Origin: Chiloscyllium plagiosum
Lineage: Eukaryota
Length of the DNA: 64,000 bases
Assembly: GCF_004010195.1 (NCBI RefSeq)
Contig: NC_057750.1
Span: 8,599,524 to 8,663,523, forward strand
Reading direction: 5' to 3'
The notes under the pieces are model-generated. The model ran no database searches and was not told where the DNA came from. It saw nothing but the letters and a program-made list of their open reading frames with translations. Both the position numbers and the translations under genes were made by a program. Numbering within the stretch: the stretch's first letter is position 1; each line of letters starts with the position of its first letter. Positions 46,895-59,812 of this stretch are shown in pieces.

Positions 46895-47890
46895 GCCGAT
46901 GATGCACTGCAGCGCATCTAATCCATTCCCTGCATCTCCATCCTCGAACCCCACCCCTCCAAACACAACAAAGACAGAACCCCCCCTGGTCCTCACCATC
47001 CACCCCACCAACCTCCATTTACATTGCATCATCCTCCGCTATTTCTGCATCCCTCAAACGGACTCTACCACCAGAGATATATTTCCCTCCCACACCTATC
47101 TGCATTCTGTAAAGACCATTCCATCCGCGACTCCCTTGTCAGGTCCATGCCCCCAACCAATCCACCCTCCCTTCCCAGCACCTTCCCCTGCCACCGCAGA
47201 AATTGCAAAACCTGTGCCCACACCTTCCCTTTCACCTCTGTCCAGGGCCCCAAAGGTGCCTTCCACATCCATCAGAGATTTACCCGCACTTCTACACATG
47301 TCATTTACTGTAACTATTGCTCCCAATGCGATCTCCTCCACATTGGGTAGAAAGGACACCTACTTGCAGAACGCTTCAGAGAACATCTCCGGGTCACCCT
47401 CACCAACCAACCTCACTGCCCAGTGGCTGAACACTTCAACTCCCCCTCCTCCCTCCGTCAAGGGCCTCATCCATCGCCAAATCCTAACCACATGGCGCCT
47501 GGAGAAAGAATGCCTCATCTTCCGCCTTGGGACCCTCCAACCACACGGGATCAATGTGGATTTCACCAGTTTCCTCATTTCCCCTCTCCCCACCTTATCC
47601 CAGTTTCAACCTTCCAACTCGACACCACCCTCTTGACCTGTCCATCTTCCTTTCTGCCTATCTGCTCCACCCTCCTCTCCGACCTATCACCATTATCTCC
47701 ATCTCTATTCACCTATCACACTCTCAGCTACCTTCCCCCCAGCCCAACCCACCTCCCATTTATCTCTCCGCCCCCTTGGTGCATATGCCTCATTCCTGAA
47801 GAATGGCTTTTGCCCAAAATGTCGATTCTCCTGCACCTTGGATGCTGCCTGACCTGGTGTGCTTTACCAGCACCACACTCTCGACTCCCA
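46895..47890 (+). mobile_element. 5'-truncated Penelope-like element: decayed linker plus GIY-YIG endonuclease and 3' terminal repeat
   Basis: Frameshifted translation gives PLVLTIHP..., CHRRNCKTC..., FTRTSTHVIYCNYCSQCDLLHIG, VAEHFNSP and LIFRLGTLQPHGINVDF. This is the PLE Cys-linker plus GIY-YIG pattern. It is followed by a CT-rich terminus with a decayed hammerhead (cattcctgaagaatggcttttgcccaaaatgtcgatt, about 47791-47827). Confidence 0.88.
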
Positions 47891-48319
47891 TAAACCTAAG
47901 CCAACACTATGGTAAAAGGAGCAGTGCAAGCGTGACTAATTGGCATCTTCATTTAGAACTGAGATGAGGAAGAATTTCTTCATTTTGGGGGTGGTACATC
48001 TTTGGAGTTCCCTGTTTCAGAAGGCTGAGGAGGCTTTGTCATTGAGTCTGTTCAAGGCTGAGATTGATAGCTTTCTACAAATTAACAAGATAAGGAGTTT
48101 TGCAGATGGTGCAGGAAACTGCTGTTTAAATAGATGATCAGCCACAATCTCGTAGAATAGTAGAGTGAGCTCAAAAGGCTGAATGACCTCCTGCTGCTTC
48201 TATCCCTAATGATCTTACTCTGTCTATGAGAGCTAACTTTGGATCAATTCCACTTTGGATCATTTGTTCTCCTGAGCTGAAAGATTCTCCGATACCACTG
48301 GTACACAAATGCCCTTGGA

Positions 48320-48756
48320 AACACACATGTGCGGACAATATATCCATGGGTAACACAAACTCACATGCACAAAGGCACATGGACACAGGTGTATGCATGC
48401 ACACACATTCGCATTCAGATATGTGTGCGCCCATCTACATGGAAACATGCACATGAACATCGGCACATGCATGCCTACACATGCACACTAACGGGGTGCA
48501 CACACGCAAAATTAGAAATGCACATGCAGACATGCATGCACACACAGGCACATATACAGTGGTATACAAATACATACACCACACATGCACGCAGATGCAT
48601 GAGCACATGCACACATGTGTAATCATACACATGCACACAAATGCACGCATGTACATGTGCACATGCACACAAATATGCATACACATGCATATACACATCG
48701 ACATGCATTCATACACAAGCAGGCACATAGACCATGCACTCATACAGATGTACACC
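48320..48756. repeat. Degenerate (CA/CATG)n alternating purine-pyrimidine tract
   Basis: Repeated cacatgcacac motifs; these generate the His/Met/Cys-rich spurious ORFs. Confidence 0.88.
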
Positions 48757-49444
48757 TTTTCATCTGTTGTGCGTCAACCTGTAAAACCCAACAGGGGTAA
48801 AAAACAATGCTTTTCACCATTATGGCTCCTCTAATGTGTTAATTGCATGACACTTGTCTCCGTGTGACTGTCTGCTTCTTTCTATTTTTAATTGTTCCAC
48901 CTGGACTGGAATCCATTATGTGCTGTGCATCAGTACTGAATCACAATTGCTGCTGCATGAATAATTAATACCTGTAATTATCTGCTGTACAGGAGAGCTG
49001 CTTAACACATGTTAGACATAATTGATGAGTGTATAAAAAGCTAAACTGATTTCAATGCAGGAATTGGCTGAGCATCTCAGGCGCAAGGAGAGTCAGCAGT
49101 GGAACTTGTGGCAGTGCATATGTGTGCTCTCTAAGGTGCCAAAATACTCATTTGACTTTGATTCGTGTTCTGTGTTGTTCAGGCCAAGTGATGGCCCAGG
49201 GGTCAAAATGGTACCTGGGGAGGAAAAGAAGACTTGCATTTCTGTAGCAGCTTTCATGACCTCAAAATTTCCCAAATGGCTTCACAGGAAACAGAGCACT
49301 TTTGAAGTGGAGCTACTAAATAGTAAGTAATGTAGGAAACATGACAGCCAGTGTGTGCACAGCAAGCTCCCATGGTGGAAATGTGACAGTGACCCAGATA
49401 ATCAATTTTTGTACTAAAGAAGTCATATTGCACTCAAAAAGTTA

Positions 49445-50080
49445 AGACCATAAGGTGTTGGAGTAGAACTAGACCCATTCGGCCCATCGACACTGCTCCG
49501 CCATTCATTGAGATCATAGCTGATCTGATAATCCTCAACTCTACTTTTCTGCCTTTTCCTCATAACCCTCTATTCCCCTACTGATTAAAAAAACTCTCTA
49601 TCTGAACCTTGAATTTACTTATATACCCAGCCCTGACAATTCTCTGTGACAAAGACTTCCACCAATTCGCTACCCTCTGAGAGAAGAAATTTCTTCGCAT
49701 CTCTGTCTTAAATGTACAATTGCTAATTCCGAGATTATGCCCTCTGGTCCTAGACCACTATGGGAAACTAATCTTTCCATATCTACTCTCTTAAGTCCTC
49801 TAACAATTTTGTATGTTTTAATAAGATCATCTCTCATTCTTCTAAGAGTACAGGCCCAATCTACAACCTCCCTTCATAAGATAGTTCCTCCATATCTGGG
49901 ATCAGCTTAGTGAACCATCTCTGGACTACTTCCAGTATCAGCATATCTTTCCTTAAATAAGAGATTTCGAACTGTTCATGGTGTTCCAGCTGTGGTATAA
50001 CCAATGCCTTGTATAGTTTTGCAAAACTTTCCTGTTTTTAATACTCCATTCCCTTTTAAATAAAGGCTAACATTCCTTTG
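49445..50080 (-). mobile_element. CR1-clade LINE 3' fragment (family also at about 17270-17540 and 18600-18912)
   Basis: Shares agaccataag...ccattc...gctgatc(t/a)gataatcctcaactc with 17270-17540. Confidence 0.7.
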
Positions 50081-51493
50081 GAGGGGAAAGATGGCTTTTG
50101 GCTATTCACAGACAGTACCCAGTCCCATTTTGGGTTGATTGTGAAGTGCTTTGACTGAATGCTTATGGAGGAGCATTCAAGAGGGACACTGAACAGTTGA
50201 ACAACCTGTGGTCCCCAGTGGCACTCCAGCTGAGACCTTTGGAGCTTGACAATATTGTAAAGTGTAAAATCACATGTGAAATCCATGCACTTACTCAATG
50301 GATGCAGGAGGAAAAACAATCTCAGAATTATTACAGTGCAGAAGGAAGTCATTCAGCCCATTGTGTTTGTACCAGTCCTATTACTCGGTGCCAGTCTCCT
50401 GTCGTTCCCGCGTATCCCTGCACACCATTTCTTTTCAAATAACCATCCAACACCTTCATGAATGTCTCTATTTCCACCGCATTTTCAGGCAGAGCATTCC
50501 ACACCCTAACAACTCACTGTGTGAAAGTGTTTTTTACTCATATACTTGTTTTGTATGCTCATCACTTTAAATCCATGGTCTGCTCATTTTTTTCTCTTTT
50601 ACAAATGGGAACACCTTCTCCCTCTCTACTTTATCCAACCTGACATTGATTTTGGAACCTCTATCATATCTCCCTCAGCCTTCTTCTCTCCAAGGAGGAC
50701 AGTCCCAACTGGTTTAATCTACCCTCATAACTGAAGTTTTCAATCCTGGAACCATTCTTGTACATCATTTCTGCACTCTGCAATGCATTAACATGGGATG
50801 TAGGCATTCCTAGCAAGGCCAGCATGTGTTACTCATCCCCAGTTGCCCTTGAACTGAGTAGCTGTTTGAGCATTTCTGAGGGCATATAAGAGTTAACCAC
50901 ATTTCTGTGGATCTGGACTCACAAATCAGCCAAACCATGTAAGGACAGCAGACTTCTTTCCAGAAAGGCTATCGATTTGCTGGTGTGAGCGTTAGAGACA
51001 GTCAGGGTGGGATAAAATTCACAGGAGTACACAATGTGTGGGAGCGGTCACCCGCTAATTAATCATCCCACCTGTTTGTACCCATTTGATACATGCCCAC
51101 CTATCTGTCACCTGCCTGACTGCCACAGGCTCACCCATCACACACTCACCTATTATACACCACCTGTTATAAATTCTGGGAGTGCGTGTGGGAGAGTTGA
51201 GCCCAATTGAACAGAGACCACACAAGCTAGATCAGGTGAAATTGACAAGCTGTTTATTACAAGCAATATCGCTGGAAGAGAAATTGACCAGGCTGACACA
51301 GAACTGACAGTCTGTGCAGGTAGATCAAGGGTTCTCTTCCCTGAGCTGAGAATGTTTCAATTAGTCGCCTCTGACTCTTCTGAATTAAGCTGTTCTTCAT
51401 AAGGCAGTCTGTTTGTTCTAAGTATTAATGTATAAAACTTTCTTGGTTTCAGAGGTAGTGGACAAAAATGGTACCATGAAGAAAGGTCTCCAG

Positions 51494-51808
51494 TTAGATT
51501 AGATTCCCTACAGTGTGGAAACAGGCCATTCGGCCCAACCAGTCCACACTGACCCTCTGAAGAGTAACCCACCCAGACCCATTTCCCTCTGACTAATGCA
51601 CCTAGCACTACGGGCAATTTAGCATGGCCAATTCACCTGACTTGCACATCTTTGGACTGTGGGAGGAAACCGGAGCACCTGGAGGAAACCCACGCAGACA
51701 CAGGGAGAACGTGCAAACTCCACACAGACAGTCGCCCAAGGCTGGAATTGAACCTGGGACCCTGGTGTTGTGAGGCAGCAGTGCTAGCCACTGAGCCACC
51801 ATGCCACT
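51494..51808 (-). mobile_element. HE1-type V-SINE
   Basis: Reverse-complement homolog of 25173-25500. Confidence 0.92.
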
Positions 51809-51861
51809 TGGAGAAGCTGTGACCATTCTCCTTAGAGAAGGACAAGGGAGAGATTAAATGG

Positions 51862-53030
51862 AGGTCATAGAGTTGTGCAGTATGGAAACAGACGCTTTGG
51901 TCCAAATCGTCCATGCCAACCAGATATCCTAACCTAATCTAGTCTCATTTGCCTGCACTTGGCCCATATCCCTTTAAATCCTTCCTATTCATATACCATT
52001 CCAGATGCCTTTTAAATGCTCTAATTCTGCCAGCCTCCACCACTTCCTCTGGCAGCTCATTCCATACATGCACCACCCTCTGCGTGAAAACGTGGTCCCT
52101 TAAATCTTTCCCCTTTCATCTTAAACATATGCCCTCTAGTTTTGGACTCCTCCACCCCAAGGAAAAGACCTTTTACATTCACCCTATTCATGCACCTCAT
52201 GATTTTATAAACCTCTGTAAGGTCACCCTTCAGCTTCCAACCCTCCAGGGGAAATAATCCAGTTTATTTAGCCTCTCCCTATAGCTCAAGCCCTCCAGCC
52301 CTGGCAACATCCTTGTAAATCTTTTCAGAACCCTTTCAGGTTTCACAACATCCTTCCTGTAGCAGGGAGAGCAGAATTGCTCGCAGTATTCTAAAAATGG
52401 CCCAACCAATGTCCTGTACAGCTGCAACATCATTTTCCAACTCCTATTCTCTATGCACTGACCAATAAAGGCAAGAAAGTTAAATGCCTTCTTCATATCC
52501 TGTCTCCCAAGGAACTATAAACCTGCACTTTCAGGTCTTTTTGTTCAGCAATACTCCCCAAGACCTTACCATTAAGTCCTGCCCTGATTTGCCTTTCCAA
52601 GGTGCAGCACCTCACATTTATCCAAATTAAACTCCACCTGTCACTCCTTGGCCTTTTGGCCCAACTGATCAAGGTCCCATTGTACTCTTAGGTAACCTTC
52701 TTCTTTGTCCACTACATCTCCAATTTTGGTGTCATCTGCAAACTTACTAACCATCTGTCCTATTTTCACATCCAAGTCATTTATATAAATGATGAAAAGT
52801 AGTGGGCAGGGCACCAAGCCTTGTGGCACACCACTGGTCACAGATCTTCAGTCTGAAAAGCGACCCTGCAACACCACCTATCTTCAAGCCAGTTCTGTAT
52901 CCAAATGGCTAGTTCTCCCTGCATTCCATGTTATCTAACCTTGCTAACCATTCTACCATGAGGAACCTTGTTGAACGCCTTACTGAAGTCCATATAGATC
53001 GCGACTGCCACTCTGCCCTCATCAATCCTC
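51862..53030 (-). mobile_element. HER1/CR1 LINE 3' fragment
   Basis: [22 protein letters not shown]...KFADDTKIG and LYRTLVGPFLEYC. Confidence 0.92.
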
Positions 53031-53809
53031 TTCATTATAATCTTCTTGCTCCACGAGCCCGAGGTATAGAAAATAAGCAGAAGTAGGGCATTCGGCCCCT
53101 TGAGCTTGCCCCACCTTTCACTTCATGTATAGCTGATTGTCTACTTCATTGCCACTTTTCTGCATGATCCCATATTCCTTGATATCTTTAAAACCTAGAA
53201 ATCTATTGATTTCCTTCTTTAGCATGGTTAATGATTGAGTCTCCACACCCTAAAGATTTACTACCCTATGCCTGAAAAAAGTCCTCTTCATCTCAGTCCT
53301 AGATGGTCTATCTCTTAATCTGGGACTGTGTCCCCTGGTACTAGATCCTTCCGATTGAGGAGAAGCCCTCTTCCAAAACCCCTTTGTTCCTCCCATCTGG
53401 CTTCTCGTCCGTTCCATTTTAAATCCTTTCCCTCTCCGTTAGTGGCTATGCTTTCCTTATTCCAGGCCCTGAAGCTCTGGCATCCCCTCCCTCAGCTTCT
53501 CTGCCTCCATTTCTTCCTTTACATTGCTCCTTGAATCCGATTCTTAGGCCAAGCCTTTGGTCATCTGTCCAGAAGTCTCCATTTATGGTTCAGTGTCAGA
53601 TTTTGTATGAGGACACTCTTGTGAAATGCTTTGTGACATTTAAAGGCACTATATAAATGCAAGCATCAATGCACTATCTTTCTTGCCTTTCCCAGTTCTA
53701 AATTTTGTTCATAGAAAAGATTTTGAAATTGTGAACAAATTACTTTTATGTGTTAAATAAATACTTTACATCTATCTTTACCTGTGAGGTAGTTTCTGCA
53801 TAAACCATG

Positions 53810-55262
53810 GTGACAGAGGAGGGAACTCAGTCACTAGAAGCATTTAAAATTGATATGGAGGAGGTATTTTATAGGTTGCCAGGACTTAAAATTGATAAGG
53901 TAACAGGATCAGTTGAGATGCCTCCATAGATATTGAAGGATGTGAGACTGGAAATTGCAGAGAACTGGCAATAATTTTTTAGTCTTCCCTGGATTGGGGG
54001 TTGGTGCCAGAGGGCATGAGAATTGCAGACATTATGTCCTTGTTCCAAAAAATGTTATAAACATAAGCCCAGCAATTCTAGGCCAGTCATTTCAACTACA
54101 GTGATGGAGAAACTTCAGAACACAATTATTTGGGATAGAATGGAAAAATATAAATCAGACGAGTCAACATGGATTTATTAAAGGAAAATCATGTCTAAGT
54201 AATTTATTGGAGTTTTTTGAAGAGAAAATTGGTCTTATGAGGATGTTCTTGGATCATCAAAAGGCGTTCAATAAAGTGACCCAGAACTGACTTGTGAGGC
54301 AAGTTATAAAAGGGACAGCAGCAACGTGGAATCAGGATTAACTGATGATTAGGAAACAAAGGACAATGGTGAGCAGGTTTTCTTCAGATTGGAGGAAGGT
54401 TTGTGGTGGAGTTCTCCAGGAGTTGGTGTTAGGGCCCTTGCTTTTTCTATATATTAATGATCCAGATCTTATTGTACAGGGGACAATTCCAAAGTTTGTG
54501 ATGACACAAGACTTGGAAAAATTATAAACTGCAAGAAGGATGGTGTAGAACTTTGAAAGACATTGACAAGCTAGTGGAGTGGGCAGATAGGTGGCAGATA
54601 AAGTTTAATGCAGATAATTGTGAGGTGATGCACTTTGATACAAAGAACGTGGAGAGATGCTATAAAATAAAGGGGATTACTCTAAGGCCGGGGGGCAGGG
54701 TTACAAGAAAAAAGAGACCTGTGTATATGTATGTAGATCTTTAAAAGTGATAGAACAAATAGAGCTGTCAATAAAGCATGCAGTTCTCCTGACTGCATTA
54801 ATAGGGGCATGGAGTACAACAGCAGGAAGGTTATGCTGAATGTAGATAGGATGCTTGTGAGACCTCAGTTAAAGTATTGTATACAGTTCTGGACATCACA
54901 TTACAGGAAGGATGTGGAGACAGCGAAGAACAGATTTGAAAGAGGTGTCAAAATCATGAGGGGTCTGGATTGAGTAGATAGGGAGAAACTGTTCCTGCTT
55001 GTAAGATGGTCAAAAACCAGAGGGCACAGTTTTAAATTGTTTTAAAAAGAAACAAATACAAGGTGAGAGAAAACATTCTCACACAGTGAGTAGTTAGGGT
55101 CTGGAATGCAGTGGCTGGAGATGCAGTGGAGGCAGGTTCAATTGGAACATTAAAGAGAGCATTATTTGGATGAAAATTATGTGTAGGGTTATAGGGAAAA
55201 GAGAGCCAGCGCAGACAGGATGGGTCAAATGGCCTCATTCCGCATCATAATAATTCTGTGAT
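53810..55262 (+). mobile_element. Old CR1-clade LINE RT to 3' remnant
   Basis: caacatggatttattaaaggaaaatcatgt (QHGFIKGKSC), GVLQELVLGPLLFLYIND and WADRWQIKFNADNC. Confidence 0.8.
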
Positions 55263-56924
55263 GACTTGAGCTCCCTCATACCTTTCTCCCAGATAATTTA
55301 TTACAGCTGATATTTGTCCTTGCTATACATAGACACACACACACAATGCATAATCACTTAATTTCTTTGTGGATTTAATTTTGCTTAAATAGTGTTTTTA
55401 AAAGATGCACATAAATTAAATCCCCAATGATGTATATTGCTGGATATATTTAATAACAGTAATTTTGTTATACACCAATGAAAGTTTATCCTTGAAAAAA
55501 TGTTTTTGAAATTGGAAAGTAATTGCTATTAAATTAAAGAAAGAAGGAACTTGCATTTCCTTAGCGCTTTTCTTGACCTCAGGACATCCTAAACTACTTT
55601 ACAGTCAGTGAGTACTTTTGTAGCGCACTGGTTTTGTACTGCAGGAAATGCAACAGCCACTTTGAGCACAGCAAGCTCCCATAAACAACAATATGATCCA
55701 CATAATCTGTTTCTTCTTAATGATGGTACTTGAGGGATAAATATTTACCAGAATGCCAGTGAGAATGCCTTCCAGTCTTCTTTAAAGTATAGGTCACATC
55801 TCCTAAATTGAGGAACTTGCTGGGCCACGAGAGGTGACATGTCAGGGTCAATATGGGAGTTTTTAAGTCATTCTCTCCTCTATTCCCGCCCCCTTTTCCA
55901 CTATCCTGAAGACAGTGACTCACATGAGGTGCAAACTTCCAATGATGGCCCTCAGTGAGTGATTCAACCATGGGGGATATCACACTTGCAAAGAGGTGAC
56001 TACTCCTCCTTCAGAATACAGGAAGCACTGCGAGTGCCAGAGCACAGTATTGCCAGGCCAGTGACAGAATACGGAGGAACAACCTGGGCCATAGGATTAT
56101 TTTTGTACCTCCAGAGAGGGCAGATTGAGCTTAATTGTAACATCGCATCCAAAAGATGGCACTCCCAGTAGTGTAGGAATCCACAGAGTGCTTGAGAGAG
56201 GTCTTTCTCCTCTCCCTCCTCTTGGCTTAGTGTTTTTTTGAATGTATTCATGGGAATAGGGCATTGCTGGCTAGGCCCAGCTTATATTGCCCAGAAGGCA
56301 GTTAAGAGTTAAGCTCAGTGCTGTTGGTCTGGAGTTACATTTAGGTCAGACCAGGTAAGGACAAGCATTGAGGAATTATTTTTTAATTACTCATAAAATG
56401 TGGATGTTGCTGGCTGGCCAACATTTATTTTCCATCCCTGGTTGCTTTTGAGATGGGTGCACCAGATAGGTTTTTCCGACAATTGGTAATGGTTTCATGA
56501 TCATGTTAGACTCCATCTAACCGAAGCCCCTTCTGCTCCCCGAGGTGGACGTACAAAATCCCATGTTAGAGACAGGGCTATACCCAAAAAGTCAGACTTC
56601 TCCACCTCCCGATGCCTGGCCTGCTGTGCTCTTCCAGCCTCTTGCAAATCTACTGTAAAAGATTGCATGGCAATATTGCAAGGCAGAGCATGGGCAGTTC
56701 TGCCAATGCCCTGGCTAATATTTACCCATCAACCAACATCTCAAAGGAAAAGACTGTTGAGTTATCATCTCCTTGCTGTTTGCGAGAGCTTGCTGTGCAC
56801 AAACTGGCTGTTACCTTTTCTACATTACAGCAGTGACTTCACTTCATAGCAATATTTGAGCAAGAAAAGAACATTCACTCCGTCTGCTCTGCCATTTGCC
56901 TAGATCATATCTGATTTTTTAAAT

Positions 56925-57261
56925 ATAGAAACCCCACAATGAGGAAGCAGGCCAATAGGCTCTTCAGTTCACACTGACCCTCCGAAGAGCACCCCACCGA
57001 GACCCACCCCATCCCTGTAACCCTGCATTTTTCTTGGCAAATCCACTTAGCCTGCATATCCATGGATACTATGGGCAATTTAGCATGACCAATCCAGCCA
57101 ACCTGCACATCTTTAGACTGTGGAAGGAACTGGAGCACCCGGAGGAAACCCACAAGGGGAGAATGTGCAAACTCTACACAGACAGTCGCCCAAGGGTGGA
57201 ATCAACCAGGTCCCTTGAACTGTGAGGCAGCAGTGGTAACCACTGAGCCACAATGCTGCCC
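56925..57261 (-). mobile_element. HE1-type V-SINE (more diverged)
   Basis: V-domain and head on the - strand. Confidence 0.85.
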
Positions 57262-57700
57262 TAATAGAACATAGAACAGTGCAGCACAGGATGGGAGGGA
57301 GACACTACTTAAGTTGTGTTTCGGGTAAAGCAACCACCCAAATACATTACGTCACTTACCCAGCAGTCCCGTGTCCGTTCCTGCTCAGTGTGCGCTCTGC
57401 CTATTCATGAGATAACTTATTAAAGGATTAATTTATCTTCCTGGTAGCCCCCACCCTCCCCGCCATCCTTGCTCTCACCACTCCTGCTGCTGCAGCAAAA
57501 ATGGAGGCCGCTGCTCCCACGAGATAAGTTTTTAAAGGAGAAATTTACCTTCCCGGCAGCACCCTGGTCCACGCTTTCACATACCTTCCGAGAATACCAT
57601 TTGTGACCACAGAATCTCCTGTCTGTTCCTCTTACTATTGAGTCTCCTACCACTAGCACTTTTCTATTCTCTCCCCTTCCCTTCTGAGCCACAGAGCCAG
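57262..57700 (-). mobile_element. Rearranged CR1 5'/ORF1 fragment with an SGNH esterase motif
   Basis: RKVLVVGDSIVRGTDRRFCG matches the GDS block of the CR1 ORF1 esterase domain. Confidence 0.7.
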
Positions 57701-58197
57701 CACCGCTGCTGCAGCAAAAATGGATCTCAACTCAATTTCCCCACACAATGCCATACCCCAGTATGTCTTTAATACCTGGAATTGACTTCTGCCTTGATCA
57801 AATTCAATGGCTGAGCTTTTACCAGCCCTCCAGGGAAAAGGATTTAAAAGAATTTCATTGGATGGGAAGTCCTGAGGCTCTGAAAGGTGTGATAATAATG
57901 CATGACTTCCTCTATTTCTGTGAACAGCCTCCCTCCCTAGCCAACTAGGAATGCTAGCGGAATGGTTAAGGCTGGGCTAGCCATCCAGATATGTTGCCTA
58001 CTCCTTGGCATTGGACAGATGGCCTTTGGAAAATAGTCATGCTTCCACAACAAATTATTCAAATCATGTGATATAATGTTTCCTCAATGTAAAATGGCAG
58101 ACTCTGAAAAGCTGCAATAAAAACGTGCTGGATATTGATGTTAGAAAGATTAAAAGCGGGGGAATTGCCTTCCTCACCAGTCTGACCAATATTCTTC

Positions 58198-58770
58198 AGT
58201 CATAGAATCATACAAAATGGAAACAGACCCTTCGGTCCAACCAGTCCATGCCGACCATAATCCCAAACTAAACTAGCCTGCAGCTGGCCCATATCCCGCC
58301 AAACCTTTCCTATTCATGCACTTATCTAAATGTCTTTTAAACATTGTGACTGTGCCAACATTCACCACTTCATCAGGAGGTTCATTCCTCACGTGTACTA
58401 CTCTCTGAGTAAATAATTTGCCCCTCATGTCTTTTTTAAATCTTTGTCCTCTCACCTTAAAAATATGCCCCCTAGTCTTGAAATCCCCCATCCTAGGGCA
58501 GAGAAACTTACCATTACCCTATCCATATCGCTTATGATTTTATAAGTCTCTATAAGTCTCAACCTCCTACGCTCCAGTGAAAAAAGTCCCAGTCTATCTT
58601 TATAACTCAAACCTTCCACACCCAGCAGCACCTTGATAAATCTTTTCTATACCATTTCTAGCTTAATGATATCCTTTCTATAACAGGGCGGCAAGACCTG
58701 GACACAATCCTCCAGAAATGACCTCACCAATGTCCTGTACAACCTCAAAATAACTTCCCAATGTCTATAT
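58198..58770 (-). mobile_element. CR1 LINE 3' fragment (same subfamily as 16160-16455)
   Basis: KTRGHIFKVRGQRFKKDMRGKLFTQRVV. Confidence 0.88.
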
Positions 58771-59812
58771 CAACGTGGCTCATTCTAAACTACTGTTTAA
58801 AGCAGATGTTCAAGATTTTAGACCTACCACTACCTCCTTCTCTGGGCAATTTCTATTTTTTAGCAAATGCAGATCCCAGAATTGTATGATTGCTTCCACT
58901 TGGTTGAGTTTAAGGTGATTAATCTATGACTTAGTCTATGGAGGGGAACACTCTTCGGTAATGTGCAGCTTTGTTTGTGTCCTTCCATAAGTGCATAAGG
59001 GGCTTGTTAAACTCACCATGGTCACTCTCTCTCATTAGAGAGAGACAACTGGTAGTGGTTTAACTTGAGGGTTGCCATTCATCAGGTGAGACGAGAGGTT
59101 GAAAGGTGGATCTTCATGAAAGCCTGAGCCAGTGCAGGAACGAAACCCACGCTACTGGCATGCTGCATCGCAAACTAGCCATCCAGCCAACTAAGCTAAC
59201 TCATCCCTGGGTCAGTGGCCTGTACTGAGGCCTCAGTGGTGGAGGTAGCTGCATAAGGGTCCTGGCTTGTCCTGAACCTCCATCAGACTGACTATTCTCA
59301 CCACTGTGGCTAAAAGCCACCTAGTCGATGATGGCGTTTGTCACAAAATATTTGTCACTAAGTCCCAGTGTTCCCTGTTCCTTTACCAAAGAATGCCTGC
59401 TAGTAAATCTTCTCAGGAAAGTTGTTATATCTGGGCAGTGTCCCTTGCCAGCAATGCGTCCATCAATCCTGAAAATGTTTTAAAGAAACATATATTAAGC
59501 AAAGGAGATACATATTAGGGTTTTTAAAGATTTGAGGTTGGTGGAATACATTTTGCTGTGATCCTGAAAGTAAAACACCTTTGGGGAATTGCTCTTACTG
59601 AGGTTCCCTGACTCAGAGTTAATAACCTATTAAGGCTAATTGCAATAATCTGCATACCTGAATTTAGATGCACATTCACTTCAATCACCATGTCATACAT
59701 CCAACACTGAACAGATCTTTGACAGGCTAACATAAGTGTTTATTTCCAAATTGTAAAAATACAATGAAACACTTAAAAGTCAGTATTACTTCATTGATGC
59801 AATGTAGGCTGA

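Noticed and set aside
46833..47636. 267-aa Pro/Ser-rich ORF as a host protein
   Set aside because: It drifts in and out of the frameshifted PLE GIY-YIG frame and is a retroelement remnant.
48171..48834. His/Met/Cys-rich ORFs resembling metal-binding proteins
   Set aside because: Translations of a (CA/CATG)n low-complexity tract, open in several frames on both strands.
51160..51480. Possible solo LTR starting TGTTAT
   Set aside because: No second copy, TSD or clear CA end was identifiable by eye.
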